Positions 41,331 through 52,099 of a DNA stretch of 64,000 nt are shown here, piece after piece. Positions within the stretch are counted from its first letter, which is position 1; every line of letters begins with the position of its first letter. The stretch is from a virus, in IMG/VR virus record IMGVR_UViG_3300008110_000181, positions 10,702 to 74,701 of that record; one strand, written 5' to 3'. The notes below the pieces were generated by a model, which was not told the DNA's origin, did no database searches, and was given only the letters and a program-made list of their open reading frames with translations. The position numbers and the translations under genes were made by a program.

Positions 41331-42227
41331 TCATGCGGCACACTGGAAACGACCGTGGTTGAAATTAGCATTAGAAAAGACCTCACGATTCACCAGTTTG
41401 AACATACCAAACTCATTGGTCAGTACATAACCTTCGGCATCAATGCGATTCCCGTAGAGGTATGCTGCAGGACCATTGTTGCGGCAGAGATAGAGGCAGT
41501 CATCTTTGATAGACTTCACCAGTGCCCACAAACGCAGCAGGTTGGTATCACAATCGAAGTCTTCAGGGTTGACTTCCTCACCAGCACGAATGCAGGCATT
41601 GATCTGTTGCTTAATCTTTGCTGCCTCTTTATCAGTTACAAAGGTGGCAGTGGTTGCCATCTGTCGGGCAAAGTTGCAGACTTCCTCTACATCAGCAAAT
41701 CGGGTTTGACCGTGTGCAATCCATGCATCAGGTTTCACGAATAGCACGGAATCAGTAGACTCCAGATTCACCGTGAGAGGGATTGCCCAACTATCACGAA
41801 GATCTGCAATTGCCTCATAACGAGTGTGAGGTGCAATGATCACCTGTTGATCTACTACCTCTGGGAACTTGTAAGTGAGTAGGTTGGAGTTGTATTCATC
41901 AGATCCACCAAACCCGATAAAATCTCCCTGCAGAATGGAGTCTGAATGAGGAAGGCAATCATAACAAACGTGCAGAATTTTTGCAACTTCACCATCATAG
42001 AATTGATCGATTTCTTCATGATTGTGTGCAATGCGAATCTTTACTTTGTTGAAGACTGCTTTGGTGCCAATGAAGAACTTACCAGTTGCAGGGTTTGTGC
42101 CCCATACAATTGCGGGAGCACCGTCAATCTTAACACTGAGAGTGCCAGCAGCAGTGAACCAATCCAGAACATCAAGATTGCCCGTGAGGATCTCATCTTC
42201 GGGGTGTTCGAGGTGTGTGTTTTTCAT
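41331..42227 (-). CDS. conserved T4-like phage protein (DUF6267-like)
   Basis: MKNTHLEHPED, KIDGAPAIVWG, EGYV...KLVNREVFS. Confidence 0.7.
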   Translation of the reverse strand: MKNTHLEHPEDEILTGNLDVLDWFTAAGTLSVKIDGAPAIVWGTNPATGKFFIGTKAVFNKVKIRIAHNHEEIDQFYDGEVAKILHVCYDCLPHSDSILQGDFIGFGGSDEYNSNLLTYKFPEVVDQQVIIAPHTRYEAIADLRDSWAIPLTVNLESTDSVLFVKPDAWIAHGQTRFADVEEVCNFARQMATTATFVTDKEAAKIKQQINACIRAGEEVNPEDFDCDTNLLRLWALVKSIKDDCLYLCRNNGPAAYLYGNRIDAEGYVLTNEFGMFKLVNREVFSNANFNHGRFQCAA

Positions 42228-42247
42228 GCTCTTAGTATAGGGGGTGA

Positions 42248-42457
42248 TCAGTTGAACCAGTAGGCAAGTTGTGCCAGTTCCTCTGCCGTCTCTTGCAGGT
42301 TGTCAGGGGTCAGACGTGCCAGGATACGCTCCGCATCCTCCTCAGGCACGTAGGAGAGGTCACCATTGATCTCACCTGCCAGGATCTCAGCGAGTGCGAT
42401 GCAACGGTCCTGCAGGGTCATGGAGAAGTTCAATGCCTTGAGTTCGGTGCTGTTCAT
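42248..42457 (-). CDS. hypothetical early protein (probable start MNSTEL)
   Basis: ATG 6 nt downstream of TATACT. Confidence 0.6.
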   Translation of the reverse strand: MNSTELKALNFSMTLQDRCIALAEILAGEINGDLSYVPEEDAERILARLTPDNLQETAEELAQLAYWFN

Positions 42458-42645
42458 GCTCTTAGTATAGGGGGTCTGGGGGTGCTGTGGGGGTTTGGTG
42501 TCCAGTCCACGAAGTGGCACAGGGTCAGCCGCTGGGGGTGCCCTGAGATCTTATACTAAGGGCACAACGGAGAGAGGGGTGAGGTAACCCCGAAGACGAA
42601 AATGATCGACACCTCCCCTGCCATAAAATAAAAAATAAAAACTAT

Positions 42646-42670
42646 AAAAAAGGGGGCACGAATGCCCCCG
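42646..42670 (-). terminator. intrinsic terminator
   Basis: Minus strand GGGGGCA-TTCG-TGCCCCC followed by a T run, just after the stop at 42677. Confidence 0.85.
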
Positions 42671-42676
42671 AATTCT

Positions 42677-45038
42677 TTATGCAAACATGAACCCATCTTC
42701 GAAGTCGTAGCAGTTAAACACAGGGGAAGTTCCTGCCTGCCCGATGAACTTGTGAATGAACCAATTGAAGTTCTTTTGAAATACACATTCACCCTTGATT
42801 CCGTGCTCCGAAAGAATAGCATTCAGACGGGACTTAGTTGTCTTTGACTGATAACCACCGTCAAAGATTTGCACGAAGTCATCACCAACGACTGCAATCT
42901 TGTTACCGTGAAGGTATACAGTAGACTCGTTAGTTTCGGAATCGTAAGTAACTTCGGTATTGTCACAATGCCAGTTCAGGTTGTTAGAAATGGCATTGTT
43001 CATTTCACGTTCGATCTTACGCATGAGTCCGTTTCGTGTGAACAAAGGTAGTATGGACCAGATCGGGAGGCATTGCAACCCCCCTTGTGCCACTTAGTCG
43101 ATTGGCACATCCTCCACCAGTTCAGGGTAGTATTCTTGACACTCAGTGATCAATTCTTCGTCCGAATACTTAGCATAACCCTCATCCAGATAATCATAAC
43201 AGAGTTGGGTCATTGTTTTGAGATCCATGTCATCCAACATCTGCTGAATGAGTTGATCTTGAAGTTCAGAACGGTTCATGAGTTTCAGTTAAGAATGATA
43301 CGATAATCAATGGATTTGATGCACCAACCTGTAGCAAATGTGATCTCTTCTACGAGGTCATCTTCATCATCTGCTTCCCAGATTGTACCAAACACAACAT
43401 CACGGAGTTCTTCTTTGTATTCATCAGTGACGGGTTCATCATAAGCATCATCGCTAAAATCAAAGGCGATTTCAGTAACTTGGAATTGCATCAGTAGGTC
43501 ACCAGTGCGGAAACTTTATCATACAACTGGGCGACATTCACACCCAGTTGTTCACTCACTTCATCCCAATCTTCATGAAACTCAATGAGATCCAGCAGAG
43601 CACGAATCTCTGCTTGGTTTAGTTCAAGAACTTCAGGCATTGTTTTCAGTAATCGTAGTTTCCGTTCAGGTACTCATTCACATCGAACTTTTCATCTTTG
43701 AGTTCAGGAATGTCCATGTCGAAGATTTCACCAGGCATGTCCTGAATCTCACTCCAAAGTTCATCAAACATGGTTCAATTTCTGACGACTTGAATACAAT
43801 ACACGATCTCGGTGCCCCATGGGGGTTTAGTGTACGGTTCCCCAACTGGCACAGGGTCCGCTCCGATTCTCAATAAGAAAATATTATTGAGAACGGAAAC
43901 AGTTAGTGTTACTTACTGACCAAAGAATTCTTCGTAAACATCAGCAATGCGATCAATCAACCAATCGGTGGCGTTTACATCAAACACCTCACAAACCCAA
44001 TCCACGCAATCATTCAGATCAGTGTGATTGTTGCACATAAAATCACGCAGGGCGGGAGCAATGTCGAGATCGAACTGGTGAACCTCAGTAGCAGTAGGCA
44101 TCGCAGTGGTGTTGTTCATGTGTACACATTAGGGCATCAGGGGGCACAGCACAAGGGGGGTTGTGCCAGTTCAACGATTGGCACACACGTAGTTGTAAAC
44201 ATTGCGGCAATCTTGGTACAGTGCCTTACACTCAGGCACGAACACGTTCTTGACCCATGCCCAGAAAGTCTTGGCACCTTCGATGACACGAAGCACGAAA
44301 AGTTGAGTCCGTTCGGTCATATTGTGCTCTTGCCACTTCTCAGCAGTGATCATAGCAATTGCAGCAACGAATGCACAGAAGATCTCAACACCATCCATGA
44401 AAGTGTTGAAGTGTTTCTTATAATCAATCTCGGCGATCATCTCCACGAAAGCATCAGCAGGAGGGAAAGATTTGGTCAGTTCCATTGTTGTTTTGTGTGG
44501 CGGGTTGTTGTAGAGAATTCCTCAACCACGAAACCAACATAAAATATTTTTCAGCAATCCGCAAGGGGGTCTGTGCCACCACGTGGATTGGCACACGGGC
44601 AGCTGCCATTCTCAATAAGAAAATATTATTGAGAATCAATAAGAGTACTGTTATTGAGAATAAGACCAATTAATCAACTGGCACATTCACCAATCGATAT
44701 CGAATTCCTTGATGCTAGCATGTACATCTTCGTCAGATTCTAGTCCTAGGATATCTCGCCAATTGAGATCTTCTAGTTCTAAATCATCATAACACATGAG
44801 ATCTAGTGTGACGCGTACCATACGCTTTGTGTGTGTCGCAGGCATGTGATTCTCGTGCGTGGTGTGCTACATTCTATCATGCATAATGTATATACGCAAG
44901 TGTATCATAGTCTTGCGTATCTCGTGCATAATCCTCGTCGATGTCTACGTCACGTTGTGCATAATTCTCGTAATACGTATCCTCGTCGAGATTATAATCG
45001 TTACTGAAAGTGTAGTCGAGATCGTAATCGTCGTACAT
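42677..45038 (-). CDS. cluster of small, mostly acidic early genes: 42677-43024, 43094-43279, 43285-43491, 43491-43640, 43646-43771, 43913-44119, 44171-44485, 44687-44845, 44877-45038
   Basis: ORF track plus manual translation; tightly packed, several with promoters. Confidence 0.6.
43866..44635. repeat. two identical 28-bp inverted-repeat elements ATTCTCAATAAGAAAATATTATTGAGAA
   Basis: Exact copies at 43866-43893 and 44608-44635; related half-sites at 44651-44661 and 45350-45402. Confidence 0.85.
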
Positions 45039-45218
45039 AATGCTCGTCGAGATTGTGTAACTAGATGTAGTATAGCATAGTCTCGACGAGTTTGCAAGCC
45101 TTATGATGCACCGTCTCGTCGAGATCATAATGATATATATGTATTCTTGTCGAGATTTGTTAAGAAATGCTTATAAGTCTCGTCGAGATTTGTGTGGGTC
45201 TCGTAATATCTCGTCGGG
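44934..45218. repeat. phased CTCGTCGAG palindrome array
   Basis: Exact or near copies at 44934, 44982, 45012, 45043, 45082, 45115, 45146, 45179 and 45210. Confidence 0.85.
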
Positions 45219-45222
45219 GGTC

Positions 45223-45251
45223 TTGACATTGAGACCTTCGTGTGTTATAAT
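45223..45251 (+). promoter_or_regulatory. consensus sigma70 promoter on the + strand
   Basis: TTGACA (45223-45228), 17-bp spacer, TGn-TATAAT (45246-45251). Confidence 0.8.
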
Positions 45252-45472
45252 CCGCAGACTTAACTCACAAGTCCTAGAGGCATTTATGAGACTTTTAGAA
45301 GGTATTAAACACAAGTCCTAGAAGGGTTTAGAAGGCATTTAGAAGACCTATTCTCAACTATATTCTCAATTGATTCTCAATAATTATCATCTTATTGAGA
45401 ATGTTATAAAACAATAACATATATTTTTTAATACCTTTTTTAATTAACTTTAACCTTATTTTGTATCAATCA

Positions 45473-45736
45473 CTACCATTTTTGCACTGGACAATAGGCT
45501 GCCACAAACTTCACCTTATGTTCTAACCAACAACCACAATGTCTACAACGTTTCTGTTGTTCATGATAATATTCACAGGTCTTACATGTATTCAATCGTT
45601 CTTCCCTTAACTGATCACTGGCATAGATCTGATGTTCTATAGGCATCATTGCATCCTTGACAACTTCAAATGTAAACTGTGCAAGATTCTTTCCTTGCTC
45701 AACTAATGACGGAAACTCTTCTTTATTGTCCGACAT
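45473..45736 (-). CDS. small Cys-rich protein (DUF6171-like)
   Basis: RLNTCKTC...RCRHCGC...CPVQKW. Confidence 0.7.
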   Translation of the reverse strand: MSDNKEEFPSLVEQGKNLAQFTFEVVKDAMMPIEHQIYASDQLREERLNTCKTCEYYHEQQKRCRHCGCWLEHKVKFVAAYCPVQKW

Positions 45737-46322
45737 AGAACCACCCTGTGATTACATACTTTGTTCCTTTTAAGACTAATCCACCACGATGACAATGTGT
45801 TAAACCAGCAGGCCAAATAAGTAATGTTCCTTTGCTTGGATTGATTCTCTTCTTATAATACAGAAACTCAGTCTCTCCACCTTCAAAATCATCATTCAAA
45901 TAAAACATCCAAACAGCAACTCTTGCCGAATGTTGCATGGCACTGTTCTCATCATGCCAGACATGATAACCACCACCAGCAGGAGTCTTTTGTACCTTTT
46001 GATTGATCGAATACAAGGTAATTGGTTTAAGATGTCCAAACACGGTCGTATACTCAGACAGACATTGTTTTAGAACTTCATTAACCTGTTGTTGTGGATT
46101 TGTCGGTTTAATATGAGCACCGAGTTCACCTAGATCAAGTGCCCAATCAAATCGTCCTGCATTACTATTCTCAAACTGATGATCTTCACAAAAGACGGCA
46201 TCCATATCATGATAATAATCAAATGCGGATACGATCTCATCACACAGATCAAAACTTAATATATTTTCGTATGTGCCGATGAAGTCTTCATACGTTCCTT
46301 TTAATTGTGTAGATTCTTCCAT
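45723..46322 (-). CDS. 2OG-Fe(II) oxygenase, prolyl-4-hydroxylase-like
   Basis: YHVWHDE, FYLNDDFEGGETEF, HCHRG, KYVITGW. Confidence 0.9.
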   Translation of the reverse strand: MEESTQLKGTYEDFIGTYENILSFDLCDEIVSAFDYYHDMDAVFCEDHQFENSNAGRFDWALDLGELGAHIKPTNPQQQVNEVLKQCLSEYTTVFGHLKPITLYSINQKVQKTPAGGGYHVWHDENSAMQHSARVAVWMFYLNDDFEGGETEFLYYKKRINPSKGTLLIWPAGLTHCHRGGLVLKGTKYVITGWFYVGQ

Positions 46323-46624
46323 TGTTCTGCTTCTGGATACTTTTCAATCACCTTATTCACAAACAAATCATAATACGTCTCATTCCATGATTCGACATTA
46401 CGTCCCCACTTTTCGATCGGACATTCTTCATACAAATGTTTCACCTTATTCGGCACATAACAATTGCACAGAATACAACCTTGATTCTCTGCATGATAAT
46501 GTTTACAATCAAGACAATGATCTAATCGTTTCTTTTCTTCTTCGGGATGAACGGGAAACAAGAACTTTGCATCGTTCATTTCACACACAATATGAAAGAC
46601 AAACTCTGATAGTTCCATACTCAT
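46301..46624 (-). CDS. small Cys-rich protein (DUF6171-like paralog)
   Basis: RLDHCLDC...CILCNC...CPIEKW; TTGACA-17-TATAAT promoter at 46642-46670. Confidence 0.7.
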   Translation of the reverse strand: MSMELSEFVFHIVCEMNDAKFLFPVHPEEEKKRLDHCLDCKHYHAENQGCILCNCYVPNKVKHLYEECPIEKWGRNVESWNETYYDLFVNKVIEKYPEAEQWKNLHN

Positions 46625-46666
46625 TTCAATTGAATTCTTTGATTATAACATTCTGATGCTGAAATG

Positions 46667-47926
46667 TCAAGCAATGTTTGATCTCTGTACCAGTGCTCCT
46701 GATGCACCTTTGTTTGCCCAACGAGTATTGGATACATTCAACCATGGGCCAGCACTACCACCATTGGCGACGTTTGTTGAACCACCAGCGGCACCATAGG
46801 TTCCACCTGCACCGCCATTAAAACCTGCACTGGTATTCGATGTCTGATTCTGTGCCGAATATCCACCACCACAATTTAATGAAGCAGCAGATCCTGGTGA
46901 ATTACCACCAACTGGCCCTGCGGTATTGTTTGATCCTTGTCCCGTACCTCCACCACCACCTGCGGCGGCAGCTGCAGACCCAATGTTCGTGTCTGATCCA
47001 CCACTACATCCCAAATACCATGGTGTAAAATACCAGACACCCTGGGATCTTTGTCCTCTGAAATAGGTCACACTTCCACCTGCATTACAATAGTTTTGTG
47101 TCTCTCCAGCCGCACAACTACCTGGGCAACCTGCCCACCAGTCCCAGTTAAATGTCGTCTGATAAGAATAATAATTAGAACAAATTGTCGTGCCACTGAC
47201 ATTACCAAATGGCCCACCAGCACCACCACCTCCACCACCTGCAATCAGTGCCGTATTGGATAGATTTAAGTTAATGGTCGATGCATTCCCTGTCGTGCGA
47301 CTTGTCGTATTTCTCAGATACAATGCACCACCACCACTATTACCATTTGTCGCGGCAGAATTGACGGTTTGACCAGATCCACCCGTTCCTTCTCTTCCTA
47401 ATACTTTCGTCGCGGCAAATGTCAAATCTAAATTCAGTGCGGATGCAGAAAAGACAATGGCATGAGCACCTGTCGTGCTTCCCTTCCATGTTGAATTATC
47501 AAATGTAACTCTCTTAGGTACATTTAAATCAATGTTGGATGACCAGTTATCACCAATTTGTCCTCCACCAGGACTAATATCAACCTGACTATTACTTCCA
47601 CCCGTATAAGATACATCATAACGTTTGATCATATTTTTCAATGATGAAACTTTATGATTATTCGCAGCGGTAACTCCTGCACCATCGACACCACAAGTCT
47701 GATTCTCATAGGCATCGGGTACAATCGCAGTTGCCGCTGCTTTCTCATCGGGATTTGCATTAACATCCGCAAAGACTTCATTTGCACCTGTCTTTCTGCG
47801 ATAATCACCAAATCGAATATTTGTCCCAGGTCTACCCATTGTAGAGGCAATCGTACTGAAACTCAGTGCTCCCACACCTGGCCCAATATCTTGAAAGTAT
47901 TTGGTCTGTGTCGTATTAACAGGCAT
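46667..47926 (-). CDS. Gly-rich fibre-like protein with a Cys/aromatic insert
   Basis: IAGGGGGGAGG and GGGGGTG flank a Cys/Trp/Tyr-rich segment; CTAAATA late box at 47956-47962. Confidence 0.65.
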   Translation of the reverse strand: MPVNTTQTKYFQDIGPGVGALSFSTIASTMGRPGTNIRFGDYRRKTGANEVFADVNANPDEKAAATAIVPDAYENQTCGVDGAGVTAANNHKVSSLKNMIKRYDVSYTGGSNSQVDISPGGGQIGDNWSSNIDLNVPKRVTFDNSTWKGSTTGAHAIVFSASALNLDLTFAATKVLGREGTGGSGQTVNSAATNGNSGGGALYLRNTTSRTTGNASTINLNLSNTALIAGGGGGGAGGPFGNVSGTTICSNYYSYQTTFNWDWWAGCPGSCAAGETQNYCNAGGSVTYFRGQRSQGVWYFTPWYLGCSGGSDTNIGSAAAAAGGGGGTGQGSNNTAGPVGGNSPGSAASLNCGGGYSAQNQTSNTSAGFNGGAGGTYGAAGGSTNVANGGSAGPWLNVSNTRWANKGASGALVQRSNIA

Positions 47927-47967
47927 TGCGACAAGAATAGATGTCTATTTTTAGATATTTAGACTCA

Positions 47968-48480
47968 TTACCGATATTTGATCGCAACCGTGAACCGATG
48001 ACGATTTCGAAATGTTGTCGCACGATGTAAAATCGATGCATCAAAAATTGATAATCGATTTGGTAATGGACAAATACCCTGAATACTATCATCCATATAA
48101 AATTGTGTCTCACCACCATCATTCAGATTCCATTCTAAATGTGGATAATACAACAAGGTATAACCAGTCTGATCATCAATATGAAAATAAGGATTCTCTC
48201 CTGGTGCAAAACAATTCACATACATTCGATACATCTTCAAAGATCCAAGAAAATCAAATGTTTCTATAATCTTTCGACTGAATAACTTATAGACAAATTC
48301 ATGCCCAGAAATATGATGCACCATACCTGTCGGAGGATAACCAACAATATCAGGTTCACCATAATGATAATTCGCACTCAGACAGTATTGATATACTCTC
48401 TGATGCTCTGGTTTGGTTAAAAAGTTATCGACAAAATTAATTTGCATGAATCGTTGACCGAATGTGTAAATTAAATGCAA
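47968..48480 (-). CDS. 2OG-Fe(II) oxygenase
   Basis: YFHIDD, GGETQF, ILHRA, RFTVAIK. Confidence 0.85.
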   Translation of the reverse strand: MHLIYTFGQRFMQINFVDNFLTKPEHQRVYQYCLSANYHYGEPDIVGYPPTGMVHHISGHEFVYKLFSRKIIETFDFLGSLKMYRMYVNCFAPGENPYFHIDDQTGYTLLYYPHLEWNLNDGGETQFYMDDSIQGICPLPNRLSIFDASILHRATTFRNRHRFTVAIKYR

Positions 48481-49057
48481 CCGTGATTCTAGGATAATCT
48501 GGTGTCGGTTGTGATGGTCTCACCCGATGTCCCAAATGTGCAGGAAAGATAATCAAATCACCCTCACGAATCTGTGGATTGTACACATAGAAATTATTAT
48601 ACCTTCGATTCAATTTACTGAGTGAATCAATGAATGTCACGGGTACATGACGTTCTGGATCGAATTGTAAGAAATGAATTGCGGAAAAGTGTGCATCAGG
48701 TTCATTAAATGACATTCCAATATGATCGTGCTCTTCCTGATATTCACCGTTCTCATAGTAATTAAACCATGCAGTCGTGAACTGAAATTCTGTACCTTTA
48801 CCGAATACCTGACTGAAATGTTTCTCATAGTTCTGTCGAACTTCTGAGGGTTGAATAAACATTTTATAATTGATGTTATCCTGCTCAAATGTTGTATAAA
48901 CCTTATCTGTAATCCAACCAGCAGGTTTATCAATCTGATGATCTTTCTGATACTGCAATATCTTCGGAAGAAGAAGTTCTTTGAGAACTTGATTCTTCTC
49001 CCGAAGACTGTATTGATAAATGTAAGTCGGAAAGATAATCTTTCTATATTTGTTCAT
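48437..49057 (-). CDS. putative 2OG-Fe(II) oxygenase (TIGR02466-like)
   Basis: WFN...QEEHDH, EGDLIIFPAHLGHRV, RITVAFN. Confidence 0.8.
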   Translation of the reverse strand: MNKYRKIIFPTYIYQYSLREKNQVLKELLLPKILQYQKDHQIDKPAGWITDKVYTTFEQDNINYKMFIQPSEVRQNYEKHFSQVFGKGTEFQFTTAWFNYYENGEYQEEHDHIGMSFNEPDAHFSAIHFLQFDPERHVPVTFIDSLSKLNRRYNNFYVYNPQIREGDLIIFPAHLGHRVRPSQPTPDYPRITVAFNLHIRSTIHAN

Positions 49058-52000
49058 GCTTCACAGGTTGTTGATAGTACACATCATTCCAATGTCTTAT
49101 GACCCCCGCAACAATAAAAAGATTAGTAATGAGATAAGTGAGAAATATAAGAGTCCGTAAACAAGCAATGTGGTCTGCTTCTCTGTCATTTTTCGTCGCC
49201 TTCTGACCAAGTGCCTTCGCCCATAACCTCCACATATTCTTTTTCTTCTTCATAGACTGATTCTCTTGATCTTACATATTGGAGTTCATTCCATTGATTA
49301 TTATAGCACAAAACTAACAACCGATCATTACGATGCAGATTACATGCTGCATAGTTCTCATAATTCTTCGGTTTGACGTTTAATTCAATCGTGATATATT
49401 CTTTGCCCTTGAAATACACCCATCCCTCAACCTTGTGATTCCAATAGACATAATGATTGACTTCGGGTGTATAACTCATACAAAGCAAGACTCCAGTACA
49501 GTTTTCTTCGGCACCATTGCAGAATAGGGTGACGTATCATTTATACTAACAACGTCCCCGACCTTTCCTGAATTGATGGGGGAGTGATATTGTTTGGTTT
49601 TGGTGTTGTAGAAGCCCCAGATGCAACTGACTTTATCACCAAGGTTATAGTCAAAACTGCGATCAAAATGAATCCAGATTCCAACAATATTTCTTTGAAA
49701 TTGTTTTTGTTCATAATGATAACCTTTAGGTGCTTTGTGAGGGAATTCAATAGTCATCGCCATACTTGAGTCCTGATTCGGCATTGAGCAATTCTACAGT
49801 AGTTTGAAACCCTTTGGCAACTGTCAATTCATGAGTCTTTCCAATGTCATACACTGCTTCAACATCGTAGGTTGGTGCAGTAATCCAACTAAATCCCTTG
49901 CCAAAAGTATTATCAGGATTGACCACATACCAATGGCAAGCAGTGTCAGGGACGAATACAGAACATTTTTTCCAGTCATTGTCCCATTGAGGTACTTGTA
50001 CAAAGGATAGTGCGGCAAACAGAAAACCGAAAAGACTCAGAAACATGATCAATCTTCGTCGATAAGTGCTTTCAGATAGGCAGGATTCACTCCATCGGCA
50101 AGATAACCCTGAAGACGTACACTACACTCTTCTTTTGTAAGTTTAGTGTCGGTCACTTCCCACCCTTGGGTGAATACTTGTACGATTTTATAGTAAGTTG
50201 TTTCGGTCATGATCAGGTCAGAAATACATCAACAAGTCGGGACTCTTCATCTTCTGCAAGGGCAAATTTGGGTGCCTTCACAATATTTGGCATAATGCGA
50301 TCTTCATAGTTAACATCAAAACATGAAGTTTCATGAACATTTTTATTTGTCAGAAGATCAAAGCATTCTTGATCATCGGATGCAATCACACTGATCATGC
50401 CACCATATTCAGAAGAAGGAAATGGAACCCAATAATCAACTAGATAAATGTATTTCATTGTTACTTGTAAATTACTCCTTGATTGTAGATGAATGTTTTG
50501 TGTTTGTCAATAGAGTTTGTTGCCTTTCAATTTCAAACTTAATGGGCAATAGATGAGAAGTAAAGAAACCAGCATAGGGACCGTCTTTTAACAGTTCACG
50601 AATGTTCTCCACTTGCATCAGAGCAAGAGTTAGTTGCATTTTTCTATCCATCACATGAACTCTGCAATGTAATAATCACAAGTCACCTCAAGTTCTGCTG
50701 CTTTCCTCTCAATCTCATTATCAATAATCTTTTGAGCTTGATTTTCATATTCAAGATACCGTTGCTTGGCAAGATGATACATTTCCTGAACTTGAGCGTG
50801 CTTCATAAAATCATCAAAGGCATTCATGAATTGAGTGATTTCTTCATCGTTCATTGGCGCATCCAATCGTTTGACAGTAGTAGGCATCATACATCTTCTG
50901 ATCACGTTGGATCAGAAAGATATTATAACCAATAATGGTAATTGCCGCAACAGCAGCATAAGCAATATATTTCTTTTTCATCAGCAGGCACCATAAAAAG
51001 GATTACCCTCTTGAGGAGAGTTTTGATTGTCACCAGTCACCACATAATCATAAGCAAGACGTTCACGAATGGCAACTGCCTTCTCCACACGGTTCAGATA
51101 CTTCTTGGAGATCTGATCAATACCTTTCCAGGAAAGAATTTGCATACACCATTCTTCTGAGATGTCACCGAACGGAGTAGCAACAGGGTAGAAACCGATC
51201 AGCATGGTGCCATCTTTAGATTGCAGGGTGGGGAAGTCAGGCATGAGGTGTGTCCCGATTACCTCTGTATTATAGGTCAGAAAGACGGCACCACGTCGTT
51301 GCGTAGTCCAGTTTGGGAAGTGTCCATCTGCTCCCAAACGGAATAGAGTTTGTTATACAGTGCAGGCACACTCCCATATTCCCGTGCGATTCTATTTTCT
51401 TCACGGAGATTGAGTTCTTGCAGTGCAGATAGAATCACACCAAGTTCATGAACATTTAGATTTACTTGTGTTTCAGTCATTTCTTTTCAGTCTCCTTTAC
51501 TACAGGTTTGGTATAGGGAATTCTACCAGTCTCATTATAATTGATAATATCATACTTAAACTTACACTCTAATGGTTTTTGATTACAAAGTTTGAGTGCA
51601 TCATTATAAGATGACTGGCTATAAAAAGCACCCCCAGTAATGAATCCAAGCACGGCAGTTAAAATAAAACTTGGATAAACAACAACTTCTTTCATATTCA
51701 ATCCCAAGAAACATTTTGAAGTAAGAACCCAGGCATCACATATGTCCAGGCACCAGTGTCAGTGCTTCCACCGACCTTATATTCCCACTTATACTCATAT
51801 TTGTTGTGACTGTCCCAAGTCATGTACCCCTTCACTTTATCAAAACGACCTTTGATCGTCAACTTATGTTTGTTAGAAAAGATATTACGGGTGCGAAGTG
51901 CTCCACCAGTCTCACGGGTTTCGACAACCTTACAGACATCAGGATAGGTTTGAAGTCCTGCTTCAAGTACACAGGGAGTTTCATATACAAATGGTCGATA

Positions 52001-52099
52001 GACTTTAGGTGCAGGTGGTGCAGTCTGTGCAAGTGCTGGTGATGTGACCAGCAATGACATGATAAGAAAAAGTTTTTTCATCCAATTACTCTCCAACAA
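49044..52099 (-). CDS. run of small hypothetical genes (49044, 49186, 49476, 49747, 50213, 50472, 50651, 50844-50981, 50981, 51277, 51477, 51698)
   Basis: Tightly packed, overlapping minus-strand ORFs; several have TM or signal segments. Confidence 0.55.

Noticed and set aside
42540-42610. Possible hammerhead ribozyme (CTGA...GAAA)
   Set aside because: The CUGANGA core and three-stem junction are not satisfied.
44881-44893. GCATAATGTATAT matches part of the E. coli dif site
   Set aside because: The XerD arm (TTATGTTAAAT) is absent and the bases encode the end of a Tyr/Asp-rich ORF, so this is probably chance.
44934-45218. Regular repeats read as a mini-CRISPR array
   Set aside because: The repeats are only 9-13 bp and degenerate, spacers are mostly about 22 bp, part of the array is coding, and no cas genes are present.
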